Shown: positions 18,380-27,230 of the stretch, one piece after another
How the letters are laid out: each line of letters starts with the position of its first letter
How positions within the stretch are numbered: position 1 is the stretch's first letter
IMG/VR virus record: IMGVR_UViG_3300034108_000503
Coordinates: 8,272 to 72,271 of that record
Direction: 5' to 3' (one strand)
DNA length: 64,000 bases
From: a virus
Notes under the pieces: model-generated
The model's database searches: none
Seen by the model: the letters and a program-made list of their open reading frames with translations, nothing else
Told to the model about the DNA's origin: nothing
Position numbers and translations under genes: made by a program

Positions 18380-19729
18380 CTATTTGCGCCATGCCTTCTG
18401 GGGTTTCTCCTGCTTCCTCCTTGGCGGATCGTCGTCATCCTCGAAACGCTGGAGCGCACCATTCCGGCGGACTGCAACGCTGCGGTTGGATGCACCGAAG
18501 CGGTTCTTGAGGATCTTTATCCTCCCGGTATCGGCAGTCTCCTCGTTTCCGTCCTCGCTTTCGTGGACATCCATGTCGATCCGAAGGAACACCTGCGGAG
18601 CATCAAGGATTGCCCTCGCGTCACGGATCATGCCGTCGTCATTCAGTTGGACCGGAGCGATGAGCGTGCATCCCAGTTCCTTCCGCAACCTCTCTGCCGT
18701 CTCGGAGATTGTCTTGAGCATCTGATCCGCCCGCTCGCCGGAACGCTGGGCAACAGGCACAAGCTGAAGGTAGTCGATCACAATGAAGTCCAAGGGCTTC
18801 TTTCGGTGGAGGTTCCTGGCGTGGGAAGCAACGCCTTCCAGCGAGATGTACGGTGATTCGGTGTAGTGCAGATCCCATCTTCCGAGGGACTCAATGGCTT
18901 TCTGGATTCTGGTGAAGTCACCCTGTTCCCGCAGCGGGGTGCGGCCCATCACCTTGTCGAGAGGGATACCCGACTCCCGTGCCAGATCCCGCATCACGAT
19001 CTGGATTGCTGACATCTCGTAGCCAACCACGAACCCGCGCCTTCCAGCGCACGATAGTCTGCCAGCCATCTGCATCGCCAGCAGAGTCTTCCCGTGTCCC
19101 TGCTTTCCTCCGATCAGGATGTACTCCCGACGGATCCCTCCAGCCAGCAATTCGTCCAGTCCTTTGATCCCGGTCGCGATGGCAGGATCAACGTCAGTCT
19201 CCACTCCCTGCTCGATGATGTCGATGTAGCGAAAGAGGACATCCTTGATTGGAATCAGGTTCGCGCTCCTGCTCTGGACGGTGGCGGTATCCAGTTCCCG
19301 GATCATTACTCCAACCTTTTCTCTCCAGTCATCCGGCCCATCGTAGGCGACAGCCTCCAGCCGGGACGCTATCTTTGCAACGCTACGGCGTCTGGATGCG
19401 CTCCTGACGGCTTCGCAGTATGATCGTACCGCAGACGGCGCAGACGCTGCTGTGGCGATTTCCGAGATGGTTCCCGCGCCCCCCACGGAATCCAGCTTCT
19501 GAGCGTCAATCAGGTGGGCCGTAAGCGAGACAGCATCCACCGGGTTTCCGTCAGCGTGGCGGGAGATGATCAGGTCGAACAGGTAGGCGCAGTGTCCGGT
19601 GACGAAGTCCGAGGACTTGATGATCTCAATCGCCTGGTCGATGGCGTACTCCGGTGCCTGCATCAGGCAGGAGATGACTGCTCTGTCCATTTCCTCCGAC
19701 CCCGGAGGCTTCTTCAGTTCATGGTTCAT
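18380..19729 (-). CDS. dnaB: Replicative DnaB-like helicase
   Basis: N-terminal PPGSEEMDRAVISCLM...VDAVSL domain; TGIKGLDELLAGG; Walker A GGKQGHGKT; YEMS; VIDYLQL; KNRFG. Confidence 0.9.
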   Translation of the reverse strand: MNHELKKPPGSEEMDRAVISCLMQAPEYAIDQAIEIIKSSDFVTGHCAYLFDLIISRHADGNPVDAVSLTAHLIDAQKLDSVGGAGTISEIATAASAPSAVRSYCEAVRSASRRRSVAKIASRLEAVAYDGPDDWREKVGVMIRELDTATVQSRSANLIPIKDVLFRYIDIIEQGVETDVDPAIATGIKGLDELLAGGIRREYILIGGKQGHGKTLLAMQMAGRLSCAGRRGFVVGYEMSAIQIVMRDLARESGIPLDKVMGRTPLREQGDFTRIQKAIESLGRWDLHYTESPYISLEGVASHARNLHRKKPLDFIVIDYLQLVPVAQRSGERADQMLKTISETAERLRKELGCTLIAPVQLNDDGMIRDARAILDAPQVFLRIDMDVHESEDGNEETADTGRIKILKNRFGASNRSVAVRRNGALQRFEDDDDPPRRKQEKPQKAWRK

Positions 19730-19741
19730 TTATTGATGTTG

Positions 19742-20668
19742 TCAGAATGGTGCCTTGATCCGCTGACGCTTCTCGTTGATCTCCACCCTCATCGTGGCAG
19801 CGACAACCTCCGCGTAGTTGAGGCAGAAGAACGACGGGTCGTGAGCTTTCGTCAAGCACCCTGGGGCATACGGTTTCGTGGATGCCTGCATCGCATCGTG
19901 GTACGCATCAAGAAATTCATCGGCAGTCCCGTTCCACCCGGCAAGGAAACGCTGGAGGACTTTGGCGAACTTTGGCGAGAACGGAAATGGTTTGCCTGTG
20001 ACGTGGGTGTACGGCTGGGCGATCTGGGAAGTGATCTCATGGTGCCGGGGATCCTTGGTCTCGACCGGAGCAGTTGCTGGTCTTGCTGGTTCCTTCCGTG
20101 GAACGGAAACCTTCGCCACCACCTCGGTATGTCCGTCAGGACCGAAGAGGAAATCTCCTTCCTCGGACTCCTTCCTCTTGTAGTTGTCTTTACTATTATC
20201 CTTATCCTTATCCTTACCTTTACTATTACTATTACTATTACGTTGAAGGACTCCTTCAGGGACTCCTTCAAGGACTCCTTCAAGGACTCCTTCAAGGACT
20301 CCTTCAAGGACTCCTTCAAGGACTCCTTTGGATTGCACCTTGGATTTCCCACGAAGAAGACCACCCTTCTTTCCGCCTTCCCGTTTAGCCTTAACGACTT
20401 GCTCGCTCTCAATCGGGTAGCGCCACACAATCAGGTCTCCATTCTCCCCCCAGGACCAGAGTGGGCATTGCTGGTCAACCTCGGATCGAGTCAGACCAAG
20501 AGCCAGCCACTGCCGATCAGTCCAAGAACGTGCGTTACTGATAACTCCACCGTTCTCGTGGGTGCAGCAGTACTTCAAAAGATATAGCCAGGTCGCCCGT
20601 TGGACGGGTTCCGCGCCGATCATTTCCGGCTCTTCAAGCTGCGTGATCTTGATGTTGATCCAATTCAT
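19742..20668 (-). CDS. Phage replication initiator (lambda O-like arrangement) with internal repeats
   Basis: Directly upstream of dnaB; central (GVLE)n and NSNSNS/KDKDKD low-complexity tract typical of initiators that carry their origin. Confidence 0.7.
   Translation of the reverse strand: MNWINIKITQLEEPEMIGAEPVQRATWLYLLKYCCTHENGGVISNARSWTDRQWLALGLTRSEVDQQCPLWSWGENGDLIVWRYPIESEQVVKAKREGGKKGGLLRGKSKVQSKGVLEGVLEGVLEGVLEGVLEGVPEGVLQRNSNSNSKGKDKDKDNSKDNYKRKESEEGDFLFGPDGHTEVVAKVSVPRKEPARPATAPVETKDPRHHEITSQIAQPYTHVTGKPFPFSPKFAKVLQRFLAGWNGTADEFLDAYHDAMQASTKPYAPGCLTKAHDPSFFCLNYAEVVAATMRVEINEKRQRIKAPF
20191..20329. repeat. Putative origin: seven tandem 12-bp units (AAGGACTCCTTC, 20246-20329) next to AT-rich hexamer repeats (20191-20240)
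   Basis: Repeats read directly; each consensus unit contains the palindrome AAGGA-C-TCCTT. Confidence 0.75.
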
Positions 20669-20866
20669 GAAAGTAAAAAACAGTAATCATTGAGTCACTG
20701 TACACGGCAACCATCAACTGCAAAGACTAAGAGAATTTCCCCTGCACCCTCTCCGGGGTGATTTTTCGACACTCCTGCCTTTCTATTTGGTGAAGGAGAA
20801 CCCGGCCCACACAACAGGTGCGGGAGCGAGTGACGCAGGGGTGATCTATTCCGCAGTCTGATCGGC

Positions 20867-21703
20867 TCAGACCCCGCACATTCCTGTGCATTCGTTTCCG
20901 AACAGCGAAAGCTGCCCGCGGTCTTCCTCACTGGAGAAATCCACGGTTTCGATGGGCTGGCAGGATTTGTGAAGAAATGGAATGCCTCGCATTGTGGTTG
21001 TCTGCTGCTTGGCTGCTTGGAATTGCTTTTCAAACGCCACGGCTGCCGCAAACGCTTCTGGCTCTTCGGTTTTAAGCCTGCGCCATTCGGCGTCGGAATG
21101 GTACGGGCAAAACACGCACGACGACCGCGGTGGCTTTGGGTATCCATTCCGCTCCATCCATGCGATGCAATCTCCGCGACGCATGCCAAGGTCAACGAGC
21201 GGCCATTTTGATTCCGTCCACGGGTCGCGGGATGGCTTCATTCTGTGGACTTCATCCAGCGAGATCCCAATCCACTGAACAACGCCCACGGTTTTCTGAC
21301 CTCGTTTGATTCCGCCGAGTTCCCGAGCCTTTCGCAGAATTGGCGCAATCTTGAAGTCGTAGGTACAGGCGCGGGATGGCATCATGCCAATCTGGCCGCC
21401 CTGCCTGACGTGGCATGGGATGTTCCCGCCTGATATGATGTTGCCCGTTTTGCCAGTGTAAACCTTTGTCAGCTTATCGCTCAACCTGCCAGCCGTCACC
21501 CGGTGAATCGGGAACGGATGCGGGCTGCGCTGGATCTCTGCCTCTAGCCAGTCAAGCCAGCGGTAAACGGATGCAGGCTCATCTTGTGTGTCAGCGAAAA
21601 TTGCGCCATCCAAGTGTGGATATCCGGGAACTTCACCCCGTGCTGCCATGATAGCAAGAGTGCTGGATTGAACTCCAGCACCAAGAGAAAGAATATGTTT
21701 CAT
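20867..21703 (-). CDS. PAPS-reductase-like / adenine nucleotide alpha-hydrolase family protein
   Basis: LSLGAGVQSS PP-loop, IFADT, WIGISLDE, PPRSSCVFCPY. Confidence 0.75.
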   Translation of the reverse strand: MKHILSLGAGVQSSTLAIMAARGEVPGYPHLDGAIFADTQDEPASVYRWLDWLEAEIQRSPHPFPIHRVTAGRLSDKLTKVYTGKTGNIISGGNIPCHVRQGGQIGMMPSRACTYDFKIAPILRKARELGGIKRGQKTVGVVQWIGISLDEVHRMKPSRDPWTESKWPLVDLGMRRGDCIAWMERNGYPKPPRSSCVFCPYHSDAEWRRLKTEEPEAFAAAVAFEKQFQAAKQQTTTMRGIPFLHKSCQPIETVDFSSEEDRGQLSLFGNECTGMCGV

Positions 21704-21750
21704 TGAATTTATTTGCGTGATGACGTATACGCAACCCACGTTTGTCTGTT

Positions 21751-22050
21751 TTACGCCGCAACCTCTTTCTTCCTGGCAGGCTTGTGCTGGCAAGTCTCCG
21801 GAGCGAACTTCTTGCGGGCCATGCTGACCGTTGTCGGCTTGATACCAAGCTGGGCGGCAATGTCAATGGTCCGCAGGGACCAATCAACAGTACTCCAGAT
21901 GTGCTTCCGTGGAGGCTTCGGACCTCCGCTCTTTTTCCATCGCTGGTAGGCACCCATGTACTGCATGCCAGTTTCCTTGGCGGCAGTGGCGATGCTGGTC
22001 TTGGTCCAGTCGATTGTGGCGAAGTACTCGTCTCGTTCTTTCTTTGTCAT
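21751..22050 (-). CDS. Small protein with duplicated DW/HTH-like motif
   Basis: TIDWTKTSIATAAKETG and TVDWSLRTIDIAAQLGIKPTTVSMAR. Confidence 0.55.
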   Translation of the reverse strand: MTKKERDEYFATIDWTKTSIATAAKETGMQYMGAYQRWKKSGGPKPPRKHIWSTVDWSLRTIDIAAQLGIKPTTVSMARKKFAPETCQHKPARKKEVAA

Positions 22051-22514
22051 GGGGTTGGTGGTTTGGGTGATTCTTTCTTGAGAGACGCCAGATAAATCCA
22101 GTGGTTCCTCACTCTGTCCGCCACGAGGTCAGTCGCTTCTGCCAGCTTCTTCTCTGCTTCTTCTGCGGCCCATGGTTTCCATTTCTCAAGTGCCTCCTCT
22201 AAGTTGTTCCTGATGTCGTACTGCGGATACAGCATTTTCTCCGCATCAATCAGCATGAATGGACCCTTTAGGTTCCGAGTCCTGCGAATGAAATCCAAGT
22301 CTGCGCAGGATGCTTGAAACCCGGTGGTTCCTAGCTTTGATGCGACGTACTGAAAAGCCGCAACGGCAGCAAGGCTCATTGCGTAAGCGCAGGAACCATA
22401 ATCGTGCGGGCGCTCAACGAGTGAATTGATGTACTGCTGGAGTTGATCTAGCGAATCAAACCAAGGTGCTTCTTGGTTTTTTATTTCTTGTTCTGGTGTG
22501 GTTTCTTGTTCCAT
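22047..22514 (-). CDS. Hypothetical protein flanked by 21-bp direct repeats
   Basis: ORF; TTGGTGGTTTGGGTGATTCTT at 22055-22075 and 22519-22539. Confidence 0.65.
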   Translation of the reverse strand: MEQETTPEQEIKNQEAPWFDSLDQLQQYINSLVERPHDYGSCAYAMSLAAVAAFQYVASKLGTTGFQASCADLDFIRRTRNLKGPFMLIDAEKMLYPQYDIRNNLEEALEKWKPWAAEEAEKKLAEATDLVADRVRNHWIYLASLKKESPKPPTP

Positions 22515-22538
22515 ATATTTGGTGGTTTGGGTGATTCT

Positions 22539-22820
22539 TCAGACGACCTCCAGCCACTCGGTGACGCTTAGTCCTTGGGCTTTCCACTCGGCTGCTTGTT
22601 TTTCGTCATGGGTTGGATGACCACACGTCTGCCACATCCTGCGCGGCTCTGGCTTGATGCGAAATGTATCTGGATCGCTACCGCTACCCATGTCAGGGCC
22701 AATAAGCTCGGCTACTGGTATGTCCTGCCATTTTTGTTGGAAGAATTCCTGCGCGGTCTTTCCTGCCGCCACAGCGCCGTAAAACTCGGCGAGCCATTTC
22801 GCTTTTTCGATTGGTGTCAT
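22539..22820 (-). CDS. Hypothetical phage protein
   Basis: AVAAGKTAQ...FRIKPEPR pattern common in small phage proteins. Confidence 0.6.
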   Translation of the reverse strand: MTPIEKAKWLAEFYGAVAAGKTAQEFFQQKWQDIPVAELIGPDMGSGSDPDTFRIKPEPRRMWQTCGHPTHDEKQAAEWKAQGLSVTEWLEVV

Positions 22821-22844
22821 GTCTTTGGTTTTGGTTTGTGTGAT

Positions 22845-23273
22845 TCAGATGTATGTCCTTCGATTGTACTCAGCAATAAGCAAAGCATCCGCGATTGCGT
22901 GTGTCACCTTGATGTCCGGGAACAACCGCTGTGCCGCCGCCTTGGAGACGTTTTTGTCCCCCTTGGTCATGCAGCCGAGGAACTTCTGCCACTTCGCCGG
23001 GGTGATGAATTGGTACGGGATCTTCGCCGCGCACAGTGCCATCTGGAGCTTCCCGAAGCCCTCGCCAAAGGTGAAGGTCGATGTCACTCCCTGCCCCGGC
23101 ATGGCGTGAACCTTCTCAAGCAGGGCGAATCTTGGACTTCCGAGTGGACAGATGCTGTTGAGTAAATCCAGCAAGTCAGCGTCATCCGCTGGCATCTTGA
23201 ACGCCTTGGCTCCGGATGGACTGATCACTGCGATGCCTCCGCTTTTCCCTGGGTCGATTCCGATGTAGTTCAT
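22845..23273 (-). CDS. RuvC-like Holliday junction resolvase
   Basis: YIGIDPGKSGGIA, LLEKVHAMPGQGVTSTFTFGEGFG, ADALLIA. Confidence 0.85.
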   Translation of the reverse strand: MNYIGIDPGKSGGIAVISPSGAKAFKMPADDADLLDLLNSICPLGSPRFALLEKVHAMPGQGVTSTFTFGEGFGKLQMALCAAKIPYQFITPAKWQKFLGCMTKGDKNVSKAAAQRLFPDIKVTHAIADALLIAEYNRRTYI

Positions 23274-23491
23274 TCTGGTATTTCTTCCGATTGTGATTTG
23301 TTTACAATGACAAATTTCCCATTCGCTGCCTTCGTGATCATGTCGTTCCGGTCAGGGTCGTACCCATCCTGATCCGGAGCGATGGAGATGAACTGCACCA
23401 CGGCACCCTGCCGCAGCACGGTCGTCGCACTCGGATCTCCGATGCTCGCCCATAGCGGGTAGTGTCCAGTCTCAAGGATTTTCAGGCGCAT
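23270..23491 (-). CDS. Hypothetical protein
   Basis: MRLKILETG... ORF; overlaps the start of the resolvase gene. Confidence 0.5.
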   Translation of the reverse strand: MRLKILETGHYPLWASIGDPSATTVLRQGAVVQFISIAPDQDGYDPDRNDMITKAANGKFVIVNKSQSEEIPE

Positions 23492-23495
23492 GGAT

Positions 23496-24290
23496 TCAGT
23501 CCTTCCACTTCGGCCATAGGAGGTTCTCAGGAGCGGCAGGATATCCCGGCCATACGCCTGTCTCGGTGCATTGCTTGTGCAGATCAATGATCTTGTCCAT
23601 CTGCCGCTGCCCCTCCTCAATTGCCTCATCAGGGAAGACGTATGGCTTCACTAGATACGGCTTGGCTGACTCAACCGCCAGCAGCATGTAGACTGGTTCC
23701 TCCTCCAGTCCTTCAGCCAGAGAGACTGCCTGCGTGTACCACTGACGCTGGATGTGATATCCCAGCTTCCGGCACTTCCGGGAAAACTCAGTAGGCGATG
23801 CGTCACCCGTGGTCTTCAGGTCGATGATCATCCTTCGGCCTTGGGAATCATATCCCAGCATGTCCGGCAAAGCCTTGATTGGAACGCCACGGTACTCAGT
23901 CAGCACCGGAGTCTCGCGAACCGGGCAGAGTTGCATGACAGCCTGGAAGATCGGATCATCCTCCAGTGCCAGCCTCATGCCCATCACGTTGTCGTATTCC
24001 TCTTGGGAGAAGATCGGCAGAGTCTGTGCTGCCGTCCATTCCTTGCACCACTTCTTGGATCCATGCCATGCGTCTGCGGGGTCATCCTCCCGATGCGCTG
24101 GCTTGATTGCAAAGTCCCTGCTGATGCCTTGCAGCAGATCGTGGACTGCGGTTCCCATGCGGATGGCAATGGAGTCCAGTTCCTCTGGTTCCTCCTTCGC
24201 CTGCTGGAAATGCGCAGGGGTCTTGAATGCCAGCAACTTCGCGAGGCTGAAGTTCAGGGCGGGATGCGCCCGGTATTCATCAATTGTCAT
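23496..24290 (-). CDS. PD-(D/E)XK exonuclease, RecE/ExoVIII (DUF3799)-like
   Basis: EYRAHPALNFS, MGTAVH, KALPD, IIDLKTT, GYHIQ..WY, WPGY. Confidence 0.85.
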   Translation of the reverse strand: MTIDEYRAHPALNFSLAKLLAFKTPAHFQQAKEEPEELDSIAIRMGTAVHDLLQGISRDFAIKPAHREDDPADAWHGSKKWCKEWTAAQTLPIFSQEEYDNVMGMRLALEDDPIFQAVMQLCPVRETPVLTEYRGVPIKALPDMLGYDSQGRRMIIDLKTTGDASPTEFSRKCRKLGYHIQRQWYTQAVSLAEGLEEEPVYMLLAVESAKPYLVKPYVFPDEAIEEGQRQMDKIIDLHKQCTETGVWPGYPAAPENLLWPKWKD

Positions 24291-24295
24291 GCCGT

Positions 24296-24643
24296 TCAGT
24301 ATGTCTTGGCTTCTGCGTGTCCGGACTCAATGAGATAGGCATTCAGCGTCTCATCCCCGTAGTGGATTACGCCGATGCTGCGTCCGTACTTGTCCAGATC
24401 CTTGGAATCCAGAACCAGACCACCCAGCTTCCGTGCGCCCAGCCACAGGCGTGTCGCTTCCTTCGCGGCCTTTGCCTTCTGCCGCAGTTCCTTGTCCTTG
24501 CTGTTTACCTCGGGGCAGTCCAATCCTGCCAGCCTGACGGTGACTTTCCTGTATGTGTGGTGACCTAGATCCAGTTCGCACTCAATTGTGTCGCCGTCCA
24601 CGACCCGGAAGTCCCTGATCTCATTGATATACTGCACCTTCAT
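24296..24643 (-). CDS. Thermonuclease (SNase) family protein
   Basis: VVDGDTI, VRLAGLDCPE, DKYGRSIG, LIESGHA. Confidence 0.85.
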   Translation of the reverse strand: MKVQYINEIRDFRVVDGDTIECELDLGHHTYRKVTVRLAGLDCPEVNSKDKELRQKAKAAKEATRLWLGARKLGGLVLDSKDLDKYGRSIGVIHYGDETLNAYLIESGHAEAKTY

Positions 24644-24831
24644 TAGTTTGATTCTTGTGTTTTGGTTTTCTTGTTATTGATCCACTCGACTGCGCTGCGG
24701 ATTTCATGTGCAATCTTCAGCGCAACATCCACGGTGACCGACTGACCCCCAGGAAGGATGACGTAGCTGCATACCGGGCTGTATACTGCATACACTTTCG
24801 TGGCTTGGATTTCCTCTGGTTCGTCACTCAC
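24643..24831 (-). CDS. Hypothetical protein
   Basis: Coupled small ORF. Confidence 0.45.
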   Translation of the reverse strand: MSDEPEEIQATKVYAVYSPVCSYVILPGGQSVTVDVALKIAHEIRSAVEWINNKKTKTQESN

Positions 24832-25301
24832 TCAGCACCTCCTTTCGCCTTCGCGATGGCAGCGCGGGCTTGATCCCATGCATCAAGACTTGCAATCCCT
24901 GCCTTTCGTTCCACAACCAACCTTTCCAACGCCTCCAGTAAATCCTGATCGGCCTGCCCAATGATCTTCGGTAGCGGCTCTTTGCTACTTTGCATCGGGT
25001 CATCGAAGTGGACATGCATCGGATTCCGCAGCCCTCCATTGCGCCGGATGGCAAGATCCTGCCGGATCACCTGCTGGATATCCCATGCCACCTTGGCATC
25101 TTGCGGAACGTCACCGAAGATCCCGTGCGCTGTGGGGACAATGGCTTTGAACGCAGTGGCTACCAATTCACGCGCCTCCGGTTCTGTCTTCCAGAACATC
25201 TCCAGAAGGACGATTTCCATCTGCCCCATGTAAAGCCGCGAGAGGACATCGCATGCCTTGCAGATCACGTCTGCGTGCTTGTCGCTGATTTCAATTTTCA
25301 T
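24828..25301 (-). CDS. Hypothetical protein with LLEALE...ARAAIAKAK tail
   Basis: Start placed at MKIEISD; shares its C-terminal motif with the neighbouring gene. Confidence 0.6.
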   Translation of the reverse strand: MKIEISDKHADVICKACDVLSRLYMGQMEIVLLEMFWKTEPEARELVATAFKAIVPTAHGIFGDVPQDAKVAWDIQQVIRQDLAIRRNGGLRNPMHVHFDDPMQSSKEPLPKIIGQADQDLLEALERLVVERKAGIASLDAWDQARAAIAKAKGGAE

Positions 25302-25312
25302 GGCGGTACTCG

Positions 25313-25630
25313 TTAGGGTTTCGCTTTCGCGATGGCGGCGCGGGCGATGCACCGCATATCATAAGCACGAAATGTCAGGTCATGCATTGATGTTGGCTCG
25401 GGATCTTCATAAATACGCGCAATCTTTTCCAACGCCTCCAGTAGCCTCGGCGCAGCGGCCATTAGTACGGCGTTGGCTTCGCTGGGTTGTCCTGTCTCTG
25501 GGTCAGTGATGTCGCTGGCAATGGCGACAGCATCGCCGTCCCGCCTGACGAACCACTCAAAGTACCCGCCTGCGCCTTGTGACCGCTCGGCCTGCCAGTC
25601 TCCATCAGTGTGTTTCCGGTTTTCGCTCAT
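25313..25630 (-). CDS. Hypothetical protein (KHTxGxW...ANAxLxAAAPxLLEALE type)
   Basis: Motif widespread in small phage proteins. Confidence 0.65.
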   Translation of the reverse strand: MSENRKHTDGDWQAERSQGAGGYFEWFVRRDGDAVAIASDITDPETGQPSEANAVLMAAAPRLLEALEKIARIYEDPEPTSMHDLTFRAYDMRCIARAAIAKAKP

Positions 25631-25757
25631 ATCTCAATTCAAAAGAAAAAGGTATCCCGGCAGCGTCTCTGGGGTGCATCTAAACCACCAATTTTGTTGT
25701 TGGTTGTTTCCAGTTGATGCCAACACGACATCAAGCGACCACTGCCGGGAAATCGTT

Positions 25758-26762
25758 TCAGCCAAGCAGCACCGTCTCCATGTCCTCCTGCTGCTCGCCA
25801 GTAATCGTATCAGGAGTCAGGTCATGATCCTTTAGGTAGGTAGTCACTTCCTCGACGGTCAGGCCCATCTCCCCGCTTCTGCGCCAGAACGCCTGCTCCT
25901 TCTCGCTCTGCTCGGACTGCGCTGCCTTCTTGGCAGCAGGCTTCTTGGCAGGGACCGCTGACGCTGACACCTCGATGACTGGTGCCGTGGCGGTATTCGG
26001 TGAGTCAAAGAAGTCGGAAGGCTTACCGATCCCGTCACGGAGAGAGGCGAGGATCTTTCGCAGACTCACGACCTGGGCTGGCGTGATGGCATCAATCCGT
26101 CGCTGGATCCGCTTCTCGATTTGCTCCTGGGTGACACCCTCCTTGCCGAAGGCGGCGATGATCTTCTTCTGAGCATCCGGGGATGTGTCAGCTTTTGCGT
26201 GAAGCGTTTCCTGAACCTGATTCACAGCCATCTCAACTACATGACCAGGGATGATCGCAAGGATCAGCGCACGGAGCCGCCGTTGCGCCATGTTTGCAAT
26301 CAATTCATAGATATCACGCTCGTCAGCCAAGGGCTTTCCGCCAGTCTTCGTGTCACGCCAGTGACGCACCTGAAACTGAACGACCTTGCGGGAGTTGCGT
26401 TGTTGATCCCACGCCGAGGCTTCGACCTGACTCACGGGGACTCCATCCTCTCCTTTGTGGACAGCGATGATTTTCCACCCGGTCACGATGTTGCCCCAGT
26501 ACTGCGAGAGGCACTCAGCCAACCGGATCGACGGTCCCTCAATGTCTGTCCCGCCCCTGGCGAACTGATACAACGCTTGTTCCGCGAGGCTCTGGTTCTG
26601 ACAGGCATTCAGGATCTCATCAATCGCTAGCTTCTCGTCGCGAGGGAAAGACTTGGCAATGACCAGTGCCGCCTGCACTTCCTGGATCGCCCGAGACTGT
26701 TCAGCCTGAGCGAGTGCCGTGATTTGTTGTGGTGATTTGATTGGCTGGATATCAAGTTGCAT
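25758..26762 (-). CDS. Conserved phage protein, probable recombination / single-strand annealing partner of the exonuclease
   Basis: EQSRAIQEVQAALVIAKSFPRDE...GPSIRLAE...WGN; function inferred from context only. Confidence 0.55.
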   Translation of the reverse strand: MQLDIQPIKSPQQITALAQAEQSRAIQEVQAALVIAKSFPRDEKLAIDEILNACQNQSLAEQALYQFARGGTDIEGPSIRLAECLSQYWGNIVTGWKIIAVHKGEDGVPVSQVEASAWDQQRNSRKVVQFQVRHWRDTKTGGKPLADERDIYELIANMAQRRLRALILAIIPGHVVEMAVNQVQETLHAKADTSPDAQKKIIAAFGKEGVTQEQIEKRIQRRIDAITPAQVVSLRKILASLRDGIGKPSDFFDSPNTATAPVIEVSASAVPAKKPAAKKAAQSEQSEKEQAFWRRSGEMGLTVEEVTTYLKDHDLTPDTITGEQQEDMETVLLG

Positions 26763-26774
26763 ATGCTCTGAGGA

Positions 26775-27221
26775 TTATTGCTGGCTTTGCTTTTCGCCAC
26801 TGGTTTCGTTGTACGCATTTACGGTAGCCTTTACTGGAGCGACCTTCGCAGCGGCAGCGGCTACCATTTGCGATGCATTCTCGCTCACGTCTTCATGCTC
26901 AATCATCCGCACCTTCGCGGCAGGCTTGAGCGCACCGGGGATCACGGCAGCACCAGCACCCGGACCCTCCAGTCCAGGCTCAATCGGTCGCCGCTGACCA
27001 GGCGTTCCCATGGTCTGTTCGACAAGGAGTTCCAGCACCCTCAGCCGGGTGTAGTTGTCCGGTTCCTGGATCGGAGTGCCATCCCGACCGATGGTGATCT
27101 TCTTGGCCCCAAGAAGTTCGACCGTCGTCTTCGTGATCAGTTCAATCGGGATCTCATTCAGAGCATCTGCCAATGCGGCAGCACGGTCAGAGAGCTTCGT
27201 TGCGGTTTTATCCTTCTTCAT
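26775..27221 (-). CDS. Hypothetical protein
   Basis: ORF in the operon with genome-typical codon usage. Confidence 0.55.
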   Translation of the reverse strand: MKKDKTATKLSDRAAALADALNEIPIELITKTTVELLGAKKITIGRDGTPIQEPDNYTRLRVLELLVEQTMGTPGQRRPIEPGLEGPGAGAAVIPGALKPAAKVRMIEHEDVSENASQMVAAAAAKVAPVKATVNAYNETSGEKQSQQ

Positions 27222-27230
27222 AAAAGAAAA

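Noticed and set aside
20246-20329. Tandem repeat as a CRISPR array
   Set aside because: Units are 12 bp with no spacers, lie in frame inside a gene, and no cas genes are present.
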